Assembly: GCA_964247055.1 (NCBI GenBank)
Contig: OZ176055.1
Span: 1,488,001 to 1,552,000, forward strand
Reading direction: 5' to 3'
Origin: Paragordius varius
Taxonomy: Eukaryota; Animalia; Nematomorpha
DNA: 64,000 nt
The position numbers and the translations under genes are program-made. Each line of letters begins with the position of its first letter. The stretch's first letter is position 1. Shown here one piece after another: positions 26,189-38,100 of this stretch. The notes under the pieces are model-generated. The model had not been told where the DNA came from and searched no databases. It was given only the letters and a program-made list of their open reading frames with translations.

Positions 26189-26490
26189 AGAGGAGGAAGA
26201 AAATGGTATGTAGTTGATATGGCACAACATTGCATGATTCTCTTTTTATCTTACATCATATTATTATTATATTTATCGCTTTTGGCGTTTATATTCGTGC
26301 GTCATTATTTGTGGAAATATATAAATATTCGTAAAATAAAAGACATATTCTTACAATTGTGAGGCACATTCATGTTTAAATTATAACTAATAAAATTTAT
26401 GTATGTATTTGTAAAAAGTATAAATATTACAACAATTTTAATAAATGCACATAATCTTAATTTTACGTTATTCCGGTATACTATTTAATA
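26189..26490 (+). repeat. Polypurine tract (26189-26203) and 3' LTR (26204-26490) of element 1
   Basis: AGAGGAGGAAGAAAA directly abuts TG. Confidence 0.9.
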
Positions 26491-26495
26491 ACATC

Positions 26496-27602
26496 CCTTT
26501 AAACTTTCGTATTTAACAACATCGAACGAAACAAATTATACATTGGCTGCTACAAAAAAGGTAGAAGATTCGCCCCCTTCCATATGATAAGAAGTATTAC
26601 ATGACCTGCTAAATCACAACCAGATCTGCTTGATTTGTGGATAAACAAACAAATAATGCTTCTATGCCACATATTTTGGCGGGGTCCCATATTACGTTCG
26701 ATTTCAAGTAGTGAGACTATTGAATAAGAGTAGAAAAGTGTGCGAAATGATAAACCACTTAGGAGCCGCGAGATATCGCTGATAAGGAGATGCGATACGG
26801 AAGCACCAAGAGTGATTTCCAACTATTAAAAAATTTATTTCCGTCTAAGGGAAGTTGGAAGATAGTATTAACCCTGTAAAGTTGCCGAATAAATACTCCG
26901 CCCATTTTTGCATTTAAGTTAAGACATTTCATTCAGTTGGTTCCCAAAAATGTTTTAGAATCGAATTAATAAAATGAACAAATTTTGAAAATTATTTGCG
27001 AATTTGAGGACCTTTAATAGTCCAATCATATTATTTACTGTAAATGCGGCACCGATTTTCATTGTATTGGAGAGTGTTTATTTCAAATGCGAACGGAAAA
27101 GAAATAGATTAGTCTTTTCAAAAATATAGACAACCCAACTCAAAGCCAGGTAACATGGGGTAACCCTACAGTAATAAGACATATAAAAAGACGGGAAAGA
27201 TGCTGTCGATTTCGAATATATATTCTACGTTTGGAAAAACACTCGCGTATCTTATCGACATAAATAAGCTAGCTGACAAGGTTACCAATGCGGTAGTTTT
27301 TTCAACATTATATCTAAAAAGACGCTGTAGCCCGAATGAGAAAGTGCCCCAACTACTTCTGACGATTACAACTTATAAAGGTTTTACATTTCCCATCACA
27401 TTTGCCCTCATGATTTTACAATGATGTTTGGACAAACTTGATATACCAGGTACCTGTGTTCTGATTAATGATATCGTCTCAAATACTAAAAAAGAAAATC
27501 TTTAATAGGATACAAGAGACCGATTTACGACTGCACGAGAATATTCAAATCGCCGTTACACAATTAAGATACTAATTTGTATGTAATGATGATATTGAGC
27601 CC
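26496..27602 (+). pseudogene. Older Mag-like retrotransposon relic, left part (gag knuckle, protease, RT N-terminus)
   Basis: CLICG (~26627), DTEA (26794; from DTGA), PTQSQVTWGNPTV (27135-27173), LLTITTYKGF and IPGTCVLIND are colinear with the RT of elements 1 and 2. Confidence 0.7.
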
Positions 27603-27837
27603 TGTTAGAGTATAACTGACAGGCTAATATGAATAGATCTTTTATTAGACGATTTAAGTAACCATACAAACAACATTCGTTATATATTAGTACATTAACC
27701 TATTAACTTATCTGTGTGCTATTAGTATATTATTATAACCTCACCACCACTTGTGAATATTATTATTATACCTTGAGATAATTGTATATAAGCAAACATC
27801 TCACCTTGATATATGAGAATACATTAGACCTAATTAT

Positions 27838-27888
<51 letters not shown>

Positions 27889-27987
27889 ATATATATATAG
27901 ATCATGATATAAAACGATTGTTTTGTGATATACAACATATAATAAATTTATTTACCGTTACCTTTATATTGTCGTCCCCAGTTATTA
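27603..27987 (+). repeat. 5' LTR of element 2, followed by PBS-like TGGTGGC (27989-27995; tRNA-Leu-type)
   Basis: Direct repeat of 31914-32235; contains an expanded (TA)n tract. Confidence 0.92.
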
Positions 27988-30900
27988 TTGGTGGCTAAAA
28001 CAAGATATGGCAGACGAACCAATGAATACCACAGCTCCTCATACTAGTATTGCGAATTTAGCCATAGAAAAATATAACGATAATAATAAATTTGAAGAGT
28101 ACCTCGAGTATATTAGCAACGTACCCGAGGCAAAGGATATTCCGGTAACCGAAAGAACGCTTAAATCAACGATATTAGCATATGGCGGATTCATGATAGT
28201 AAGAAAGATTAACCAACACCTATACCCCAAGAAAATAAAAGACGCCACATGGGCGGAGATTACGGAAACAGGCAAAAAAAATTCAATCTGATAAAATCAA
28301 AATTCCAAAGTCGTTTTGAATTTTATAGGCTGGTACGCAACGAGGGTGAAAGTTTTACCCAATTCCTTGAGCGTGTCAAGATAGGAGCTGAAGAAGCTCA
28401 ATTTACTGAAGCCATAGAACAACGTATTCGTGATGCATTCGTAATAGGACTGCGACAGCCACAACTAGAGATGGATATCCATTCCAGGTATCCAGATGCT
28501 TTGATAAACGGTATTCCTGTCCCACTAGAAGCAATCGTAGATCTCGCACTAGCACATGAGTCTGCTAGGGCTGGATTACAGAATAACAATAATAGTAATA
28601 ACAATAGCAATCGATACAGTAACAGCAATAATAATATCAATCGGTTACAACATAATAAATCCAATTGACAAACAATAATAAAATCTTCTACCATATGTAA
28701 ATATTGCGGCACCACACACCCACTCAACAAGTGTCCAGCTTGGAGACGATCCTGCAACAAATGCGGAAAGCTGAACCATTTTGCGAGAATGTGTGTGGCC
28801 AAAAGACAAAGACCCAACTTCAATAGGCAATTATTGAAGGAAGTTAACGTGGGTCATAAGGCGCTAACTCCCTTACTGATAACACTAGTAATAAACGGGT
28901 TAAAAAAAGACTTTTATCTATGATACCGGTTCGGACATTAGTGTAATAAACTTTGCCACATTGGAGCAAATCGGCAAACCCAAGCTGAGTCCGACACCCC
29001 CAGAAATCGTACAATAATACCACAGTGCCAATGATGGGGACAGCAAGTGTCAAAGACTAGGTAAATGGTAAACAAAAGGTCGGGGACATATGTGTCCTAA
29101 GCAAAACGATGGGGATGGCCCTGCTAATCTGTGGACTGGACTGGATGGCGAAATTCCAGATTGAGATGCCACAGGTTAAAGTTAATTATCTTAAATTGAA
29201 TGAGATTTGTGAAAATTTTAAAAATTTATTCGAAAATAGGTTAGGGTGTTATAAGGACCCTGTAAAAATTTGCATTGCAGCGAATGCGATCCCGAAAGTA
29301 TGGCCATGCAGGGTGCCTTTTCCATTAAGAGAAAGGTGGAGAAAGAGCTGACGAAGCTAGAAAAGTTAGGCATTTTAGAACCGGTTGATCCTAACACCAC
29401 ACATGTGACATGGGCCACGCCTACGGTTAATGTACTGAAACCGAATGGCGAATTAAGAATATGTAGTGATTTTCGGGTAACGATTAATAAGTTGCAAGAA
29501 GACTCCCACATAATCCCCACGTTTGATGAGTTGGTGTCGAAAATAGGTGAAGGTATCACATTCACGAAAATTGATTTAAAAGATGCTTACCTCCAGATGC
29601 CAGTGGCAGAGGAGTGTCAAGAATTGTTAACTATCTCAACACATAAAGGTTTTTTTAGATACAAACGCATGCCGTTTGGACTGACCACGGCACTTATCAT
29701 CTTCCAAAGAGTGATGGAACAAGTGCTGGCTGAAAGTCCGGGAACTTGCGTATATTTAGATGACGTCCTAGTGACTGGTAGGACGGAAAATGAGCACATT
29801 AACAATTTAAATAACGTATTAAGTCGTCTCGATAAGGCCGGATTTAAATTAAGACAAGATAAAATAATGATAGGCGCAGAATCAGTAAACTACTTAGGGT
29901 TTGAAATATCGAAAAAGGGTATAAGCCCGTGTGAAAGCAAAATCAAAGCATTTAAGGAATAAAAAGACCGGTAGATAAAAAGTCGTTACGTAGTTTTTTA
30001 GGTTTTTTGACATTTCATGAACGCTTTATACCAAAATTACAAATGATAGTCGGTCCCTTACATGAATTAACTAGTAAAAATACGAAATGGTGTTGGACCG
30101 AGAAACATGAGAAAAGTTGGTTAGCAGCTAAGAATTTGTTAGCGAAAAAGTGTTTTTAACACCATATAATCCGAATAGGAAATTGATAATAGAAACTGAT
30201 GCGTCAGATTTATTCGGATGTATTTTAAGTCATGAAGTTAATAGTGAAAGGATACCGATAGCGTATGCCTCTCACAAAAGTGTAGCATCGCTGAAAGGAA
30301 TTATTCCACTATAGAGAAGGATTAAAAGCAATATTATTTGCGTTACGAAAGTTTCATAGTTCATATATGGTAGAAAATTTATAATATTTACTGACCATTT
30401 ACCTTTAGTAAAGTTAACAAATAGAGATCGAAATTTAAAAGAGATACATAATGCTAAAATACTAAGGTGGATTAATATGATAAATGAGTACGACTTTGAA
30501 ATAAGTCATCAAAAAGGGGCTCAAAATAGAGCTGATTATTTATCGAGATGGCCGATTGACGAGATCGTAGCCTATGATGAAGATTATGCGGTTACCAGAT
30601 ATTTGAGATTTTTGAATTGTCATAACGTGCGGTTAAGCAGAGATGAAATTCGAAAAGAAACCGCATTAGATTCAGTATTACAAAAGGTAATTAAAGCGTT
30701 AAACCATGACTGGAGTTCTCCAGAATTAGAAAAGTTTGTAAACCGTAAAGACGAGTTGGCATATCAATATGGCTTAGTAAGTTTAAATGATCGGATTGTA
30801 ATTCCGAAGCTCCTCCAAAAAGAGGTGGTGAGATACCTACACAGCGGTCATAACAACGTAGAGAAAATGAAAGCGATGGCCAGATTTACGTGTTATTGGC

Positions 30901-31898
30901 CAGATGCGAATCGTGCCAACGTTGTAGGCCGAATGTAGCTCAGAATTCCACGTATCAGTGGGATCATAATGTTGCTGTGTGGGAGCGTTTGCATATTGAT
31001 ATAGCCGGACCGGTAAACGGTTTTTATCGGTTGTTGATAATTGATAGTGCCTCGAAATGGGCAGAAGGATTTATTTAGAAAAAGGTAACCGCAGCGAATG
31101 TAATCCACAAATTAGAAGAAACGTTTGCAAGGTTAAGCTTTGCAAGAGAGATCGTTAGCGATAACGCTTCGTATTTCAGTAATGAGTACTTTACGTCAAT
31201 CTTAAGTACGTTTGAGGTGAGACATATTAAGGTTACCCCCTACCACCCTAAGAGTAATGGGATGGTAGAAAAGTTAGTAGGTACAATAAAAAATAAATAC
31301 AAAAAAATAAAAAATAATGGGATATCCACCCACGAAGCGTTTAACACTAGCCTATGGGCGTATAGAAATTCTATACACTCAACAACGAAAGAAACCCCGG
31401 CCCAGTTAATGTTCAATCGTACCCCCCATACGCCCTTAACCTGGTTAAATAGTAGGGCGAGATTGTTAGATGCACAGGCCCCCCGACGGCAGTTTGCCAT
31501 TAATGACCAGGTAATGATTAAAAATGAATTAAGTCCAGGGTGGCGCGCCGGAGAGATTACGGACCTTACAGGGTTATTTTCATACAAGGTATGGGACAAG
31601 GACCGAGAGAAAGTTGTGAGGAAACACGCTGACCAAATAGTACAACAACCACAACCACAGCCGACCACTGCCAGCAACACGAATGAGGAGGAGGTAACCA
31701 CTGCCACGGATGATGGAACAATCGCTGAAACGCAACCAAACACGATCAATTCAAGGGACGAAATCGAACCAATTACTCCGACAGCCGAAAGTCCAAATAA
31801 TGATAATACCCAGAAACCTGAGACAACATACTACCCCGCTAAAACACAAGAACGACGGTACCCGACAAGAAGTCGTCAGAAACCTGCCCGCTTTCCTT

Positions 31899-32235
31899 AG
31901 GAGGGGGTAGTGATGTTAGAGTATAACTGACAGGCTAATTTGAATAGATCTTTTATTACACGATTTAAGTAACCACACAAACAACATTCGTTATATATTA
32001 GTACATTAACCTATTAACTTATCTGTGTACTATTAGTATTATAACTTCCCCACCACTTGTGAATATTATTATTATACCTTGAGATAATTGTATCTCACCT
32101 TGATATATGTGAATACATTAGACCTAATTATTTTATATATATATATAGATCATGATATAAAACGATTGTTTTGTGATATACAACATATAATAAATTTATT
32201 AACCGTTACCTTTACATTGCCGTCCCCAGTTATTG
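31899..32235 (+). repeat. PPT (AGGAGGGGG, 31899-31907) and 3' LTR (31914-32235) of element 2
   Basis: Direct reading. Confidence 0.92.
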
Positions 32236-32240
32236 AGCCC

Positions 32241-33980
32241 ACAAATAAAAATTAGAGGTTTAAAAATGTTTTGTACCTTTTAACCAAACTGCGATCTTTT
32301 GAAAATTTTTTATGGTACACAAACCTACCTTAATTTGATATTACTCAAGTTTAACGGACACAACCAAAAAAAGGATTTTCTAAAGCAAAAATTTATTAGC
32401 GGACTCCCGATCATTGCGTTATTATAAACACTTTTCCCATTCAACTGAAAAGCGATTGAGTATGAAGCAATTTAATCCAAAAATTAGAAATATATATATA
32501 AAAATATGCATGCAAAATCTTAGTATTTGAATACATATGTTCTCAATAACTTTTCCCATTGGAAACCAATTAAAAAAACTGTTATATTGAATTTTACGCG
32601 TTATGATTAAAATCTAATAAATATTTATAAATGCCCATATATATTCGATTGCGGGAGAAGACATTTGTGTTGGACACCCTTATAGACTCAGAAAAAGCGC
32701 CCCTCTTAAATAAAAACGACATTTTATTGACAATAAACCCAAAGCTATTTGCTCTCTTATAAATATGTTTTTATAGACTTTATGCTATTATTGGTTGCTT
32801 TGTTGCAATAAAAGGTTAAAAACAGTAGTATTTATTAATATGGATGCACAATGATTATAAGATATATTACAAAAATGGTCAAATATAGCGCACCGCCATC
32901 TAAATTATTCATTTACAGTTATTATGACGAGGAGGATTATGCGGTTGACAAAATAAGCCATTATTCAGATAAAACGTTCTTGATGTAAGAAAAAGAGTCG
33001 AGAAAGCAACAAATAGTGAACAATCCTTAAGAGAGATATAATGGCTAATATAACAAACAATTTGGAAGATAGAAATTAATCTTTTAGATAAAAACGTGCT
33101 ACTATTTTATGGGTAGATTATTTTGGTGTGATCAATATAATCAACCCAATGGGTATTTATAAGCGGCTTCACATATATAATGGTGGCCCAGTGGACGGTT
33201 AACATTGGTAATATAGATAGCGCCTCCTGATTGGGGAAAAAGGATTTTTTTTAGAGCGATATCAACAAAGAGGATTCTAAATTGTCTTGAATAACATATC
33301 TCTAGTTTAGTTCCTAGAATCGATACCGACAATACAGATGCTTTGTAGCTAAAGAATTTAATTTGGTTTTGGTCAATTACAATTAAAACGTCTCCGCGAG
33401 GAAATTTATCATTTCAAAACAAACGGATTGGTGGAAAAGATGAAGTTAACGACTACATAAAACCATTCAAGCCAATGTATGTTTACAAGGGAATAAACGG
33501 GATGGATCCTAGAGACCGAGTTTCCATGCTTCGTTAAAAAATTGTCATTTGCATTCCCATAAACTAAAGTTTACAGTATCTCGAGGGTTGACTCCTGCCT
33601 AATATATATAACATGAGGAAAAACCGCGTTGGGAATCTCGGCCCATTTAAACTATAAGATAAGGTTTTAGACAGGCCAAATGAAAGAAAGAGCACTTTTT
33701 CCAAGCTGGATACGGGACTCAGCCTATAACACACTAATTAGTAAGATATTAGAACACTTCGATACGATTTACAGGGACTTATCCCATCGTCTCCAATTAT
33801 TACAGCTTGATCCCCAAACAGCATTATACACTGATGGCATTAGCCTAGCTACTGAAACGACTTCACCGCTCAAAATACTACGCTCAACCCTACCTAGTCA
33901 AACTACTCATAATCAGATTTCTAGAAAGGAAGTTCCTTCCCCGGAAAAAATACCCTTTAGGAAAGCATTAGTCTCTTAAT
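32241..33980 (+). pseudogene. Older Mag-like relic, right part (RT connection, RNase H end, integrase); a possible 3' LTR starts at TGTAA 34001
   Basis: KLRSFENF (cf. SLRSFLGF), YDEEDYAV (cf. YDEDYAV in element 2), degenerate rve core; clearest in the duplicate at 55010-55290 (IDSAS, IVTDN, SQNNGLVEKM). Confidence 0.7.
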
Positions 33981-35047
33981 AGAATAAAATTAGGCGTGAG
34001 TGTAATGAACATCATGAAAATTAGTAAATCACATATAATTATATAAGCATTTTATTTAATTTATGCAGATTGACACAGTTTTTAATTATTATCATATTTT
34101 GTAGACATGCAAATAAGATTTGGACGGTCTGACAGATTGTATATTCGATAAAATAATTTATTTCGAAGAAGTACCATAAATATTTTGCCAGTACGCATAT
34201 AGCATTCAATCATTCTATCATTCATTATTTAATAAAATGTCGAGAATGTACTTTTACTCATACGGTAAATTAGCTTAAAGTGTAAAAAATTTCTAAACTT
34301 TATCATTCTCGTATTATATATAATTATTTGTTAAAAAAGACTATTAATCAGCATTAAAATTTTACTAGTTATTTTCCAATCACATAAAAAAGAATTACAA
34401 CAGTTTGTGATTTTCAGACTACGAACCAATAAAAAGTAGACAAAATACTCGCTTAATTAAATTTAACTTTTGTTATTTTTTTAATTGGTACTTTTATGAA
34501 TCGAGTTTTTCTTAATGCTACTCCTTAATGTGCACCCCCGTAATATAACTGTGGGAAAAGATTGGCTTAATACTGTATCATGACCCTTTGGTGATATGAT
34601 AATTTTTTTATGTTTTTGGCTCATTATTATAAATAAAAAAACCCACGAACTAGTAAATTAATAGGATGGTATATTATAAAAAAAACAATAAAAACCTAAA
34701 AACGAATCTTCTGTTTTTACTAAAGTGCATAATAATCAGCTTAATCAAATTTTTTAGCCTCTTTTTATGTTTGAAGAGGCGATTATTAATGAGGAATGAC
34801 ACACAATGACTAGTGCTCAAAGGTCTTTTATGTTGACATAATCGGTTATAAAGAATATCTAAATTTCATAACATTATAAAGGGGGTTTTGAAATTTTAAA
34901 TCAATTAATATGTATAAAACGGATAAATAATATTGGATGCTGATTAAATTTATTATATATATGTAAAAAATTAACAAGCTATTGTGACCACACCAAAAAA
35001 TTAAAGTTTGTTGCTAAAAATATTTGAAAGTTAAAAGTTGGTTTAAC

Positions 35048-35185
35048 TCATTCATTGTCACAATTTTGCGACAACTCATTAGCTATACATGAAAAGTTTT
35101 GTGCAACCTCCGGCATAGAACCAAGCACCGAAAACGCTTCTCGTTTATCATCATCTGGGTATTCAAAGGGACCGTCACAGTATTC
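35048..35185 (-). CDS. Terminal exon of M13-like copy A
   Basis: ttag|GAA...TGA, 46 codons; only 5 substitutions (2 synonymous) and no indels versus 56925-57062, while the flanks carry many indels. Confidence 0.7.
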   Translation of the reverse strand, partial: EYCDGPFEYPDDDKREAFSVLGSMPEVAQNFSCIANELSQNCDNE

Positions 35186-38100
35186 CTAATTAACATATAT
35201 TTTGTAATAATTATGGTATATATATTAACAGCGAGCGCACAAAATCGGGCATCAAAAATATCCTGATTAATTATCTCTATTTAGACAGAAACATGTAATG
35301 TGGCAATCAGGGTGCTTTTGGCTTTAGGACTTATTACTCATAAATATTATTTTTTGTGGTATTCGCTCCATAAAAATAACTAAATTGGCACACCATCGGT
35401 CGAAGAAAAAGCTAATATTAAACCAAAATATTTTTACTGCTTTTTATATATATATAACAACATTTTTGGAGAAAAAATGAAACATTATGTAGAAGATTCG
35501 GTTTTGATAGATTAAAAAATACAGTTTGACTGTTTATGCTATAATTGGAATTTTTTGCATATAAATAAAAAGTCGTCTTTATAATAAATAAAAAAACTGA
35601 TAATAAATTTTTATATTGATTGATTAATTAATTTTTACATTATGTAATGTTGATTACCTATCACATAAAAATAAATCTAGATCAAATGATCTGACTGGTT
35701 CTTTAACGGACACATTCACGTTTAAACCGGTCAAACTTAACCCTACACTATATATTAATTTGTGAATATTAACCCTTTTTAGATGTGACAATTATTTAAA
35801 ATATTGCGACATATATAAAAATTACCTTCAACATGGATTCTACCATATTTATTCGTTTATCTTGTTCTGATAATTGCTATATAAATCATCAAAAATAATA
35901 AAAAATATGGGTTATCATATAATTATTGTCATATAATAAAATTAATTGGAAAACATGAAAATTTTTACCTTTGCCTTTTCTAAAGACCTCCGGAAGTGTT
36001 TTTTACGCTCAAATTCGTCATCATGACAATTTGATTCTTCTATAATATTAATTTTACGATTATGATAAAGTTATATTAAAACTGTTTTATAAATTATTAC
36101 CAAAGGGTAGCAGCCAATAAGCAAGCCAGAAATTGTTGCTAAAGGTCATAAAATGGAGCGAAAATTACATAAAATATTTGAAATTATATATGATTCATAG
36201 ATTGTTACTTACGTAAATTTTGAGTTGGCTTCAAAATTTGTGATCGGCAAATCACTATATGATATAAAAAAATATATATAATATAGATTGACCTGAGTAA
36301 ATGCAATTGAAGATTTAGCCATGGCAAAAGAAGGAAGCGCTCTTTAAACAAGGTTAAGATGTTTCAATCAATCCTGTCAAGAAAAGAGAGACAAAAATCG
36401 CAAACCAAATCATTTATTAAATCATCACATATTCAGTTATAAACCGTTATATGACATGTTTTTTAATGATTTATTTTTATATTTTTGATAAACATAAATT
36501 TTTTGTTCTATTTACATGAAATATCGTTTTAATAAATGCAAAATAATGCACGTTTGTTTTGATAACATAACGGTTTCTTTGCGATTTTTTTTCTCCCATT
36601 AACGGTTTCTTTGTGGTAAATTTATATAAGTAGTAATCATTATTCATTTTTTTAATTTAATTTTATAATTATCTGTAAACCGTATCTCCTGAACATGCCT
36701 TTGGTGAAAGTTTGAGAATATATCTTATTCAATTTTACGACGATTCCCACATCGTATTAAAATAGATATTTTAAATAATAATATATATAATTATCAATAA
36801 ATCATTATAAAATCCGTCCTTTTTAACCCTATTTTTTGTAACTTTTAACATTTATAAAACTACTTTATAATTAAACTAAATAGGCATCATTCAATATTTG
36901 AACCAATCAATGTTCAATAATGCAGTTACAATCATGGTCATGGAATTAATGATGAATAGGAATCCAAGTTTATAAAAAGTCAAAGGTAATTTTTATTCAA
37001 AAATTTATTATTACATATATGAGGCAGATAAAATGGGGCAAAAATTACAAAAGTATAGTTATTTTAAAAATTAATTATCATTTTGTGTTTTCTTATAAAC
37101 AAGCATTGAGATTTCTAAAAATCTTAATTAGATTAATGAATAAAGGTGTGTCCTTTAGGCAATGTTCCCAACGTGGTAATCCATTCAAATTCAATAATGT
37201 ATATTAAGTAAATATTGAAATATAGACACATTAAATGTAACAACAATTTTTTTTCACAATACCGCTGTTTTGTTTCTAATTGCCTTATATGGCAAATGTG
37301 AATAACATATGTAAATTAGTAAAACAAACATTATTGTTTGCAGATGTAATAAATTAATTTATATGTTAAAAAATAAATTTTTAAAAGTAAATGGTTGTCA
37401 TTGTCTTTATATTTTAATGTTTTGCCTGTATAATTTAATAATTATTGACTGATTCCATACAAACAATTTTTTGAGGTTGAAATAATATAAAAATCCCAAT
37501 CAATAAGATCCTTAAATCTACATTTTTGAAATATTTTTTTCATATCGGTGACAAATCTTGATAATTCGCATGTAACCTCAATATGTTTCTAGTTTCATTT
37601 TTTAATAGAATTTTTCATATTTTTTTCGCCCCCTTAGATTTTTCTACGCCCCCTTTTGGGAATCACTGCCACAAGACTTGAATTAGGGTGGCCCGTGGAA
37701 AATTTGGAATTATAATATGCAGAAATGGCAAAATTTTCGTAAAATAATCTACCTTATAAAAATTATTTTCTAAACAAATTCATCTAATTGCCAACGGACC
37801 ATAAGCCTATTTGTGCTTTTCTAGCCTTTTATGTTTAAAATCTAATAAATTATTTATGAATATATATATATTTCGAATGAGGCGGCTAATTTTTTGAGTT
37901 GAAAATGCGGCCTGCGTAGTCATGCCTGTTGGACACCACTGATTTAAAGATATAAATTTTCTATTTAGTAGTACACTTACATGGAAGGTGCTATATTTTG
38001 AAAGTGGGGAACAACTTTGAGGCCCTCATTTACGTTGTCCAAGAAGTCCTCGGCTTTTGGCTTTGGTTTAATCTAAAAATATATATCAATTAACATCTCT

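Larger units (their letters stand above)
22308..26490 (+). mobile_element. Ty3/gypsy Mag-clade LTR retrotransposon 1, full structure, coding-dead
   Basis: LTRs 22308-22585 and 26204-26490 (visibly diverged); 5-bp TSD ACCTC/ACATC; PBS; PPT; gag with CGKCGKSHIPKRC knuckle; protease FDTGAA; RT VEWATPTI..DFRVTIN; RNase H DASTKDFGAVL; integrase H-H-C-C, VSDN and HPRTNG; many stops and frameshifts; no env. Confidence 0.93.
27603..32235 (+). mobile_element. Ty3/gypsy Mag-clade LTR retrotransposon 2, full structure, coding-dead
   Basis: LTRs 27603-27987 and 31914-32235 (about a dozen substitutions plus indels by eye); 5-bp TSD AGCCC/AGCCC; empty site visible at 53474-53491; gag ATG 28007 with twin knuckles CKYCGTTHPLNKC and CNKCGKLNHFARMC; protease DTGSD; RT YLDD; integrase RLHIDIAGP, VSDNAS and HPKSNGMVE; ends RRYPTRSRQKPARF. 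Confidence 0.96.

Noticed and set aside
23187-31749. Minus-strand ORFs over the LTR elements (23187, 28398, 29218, 31240 etc.)
   Set aside because: Antisense shadows of gag-pol; no evidence for an antisense gene or env.
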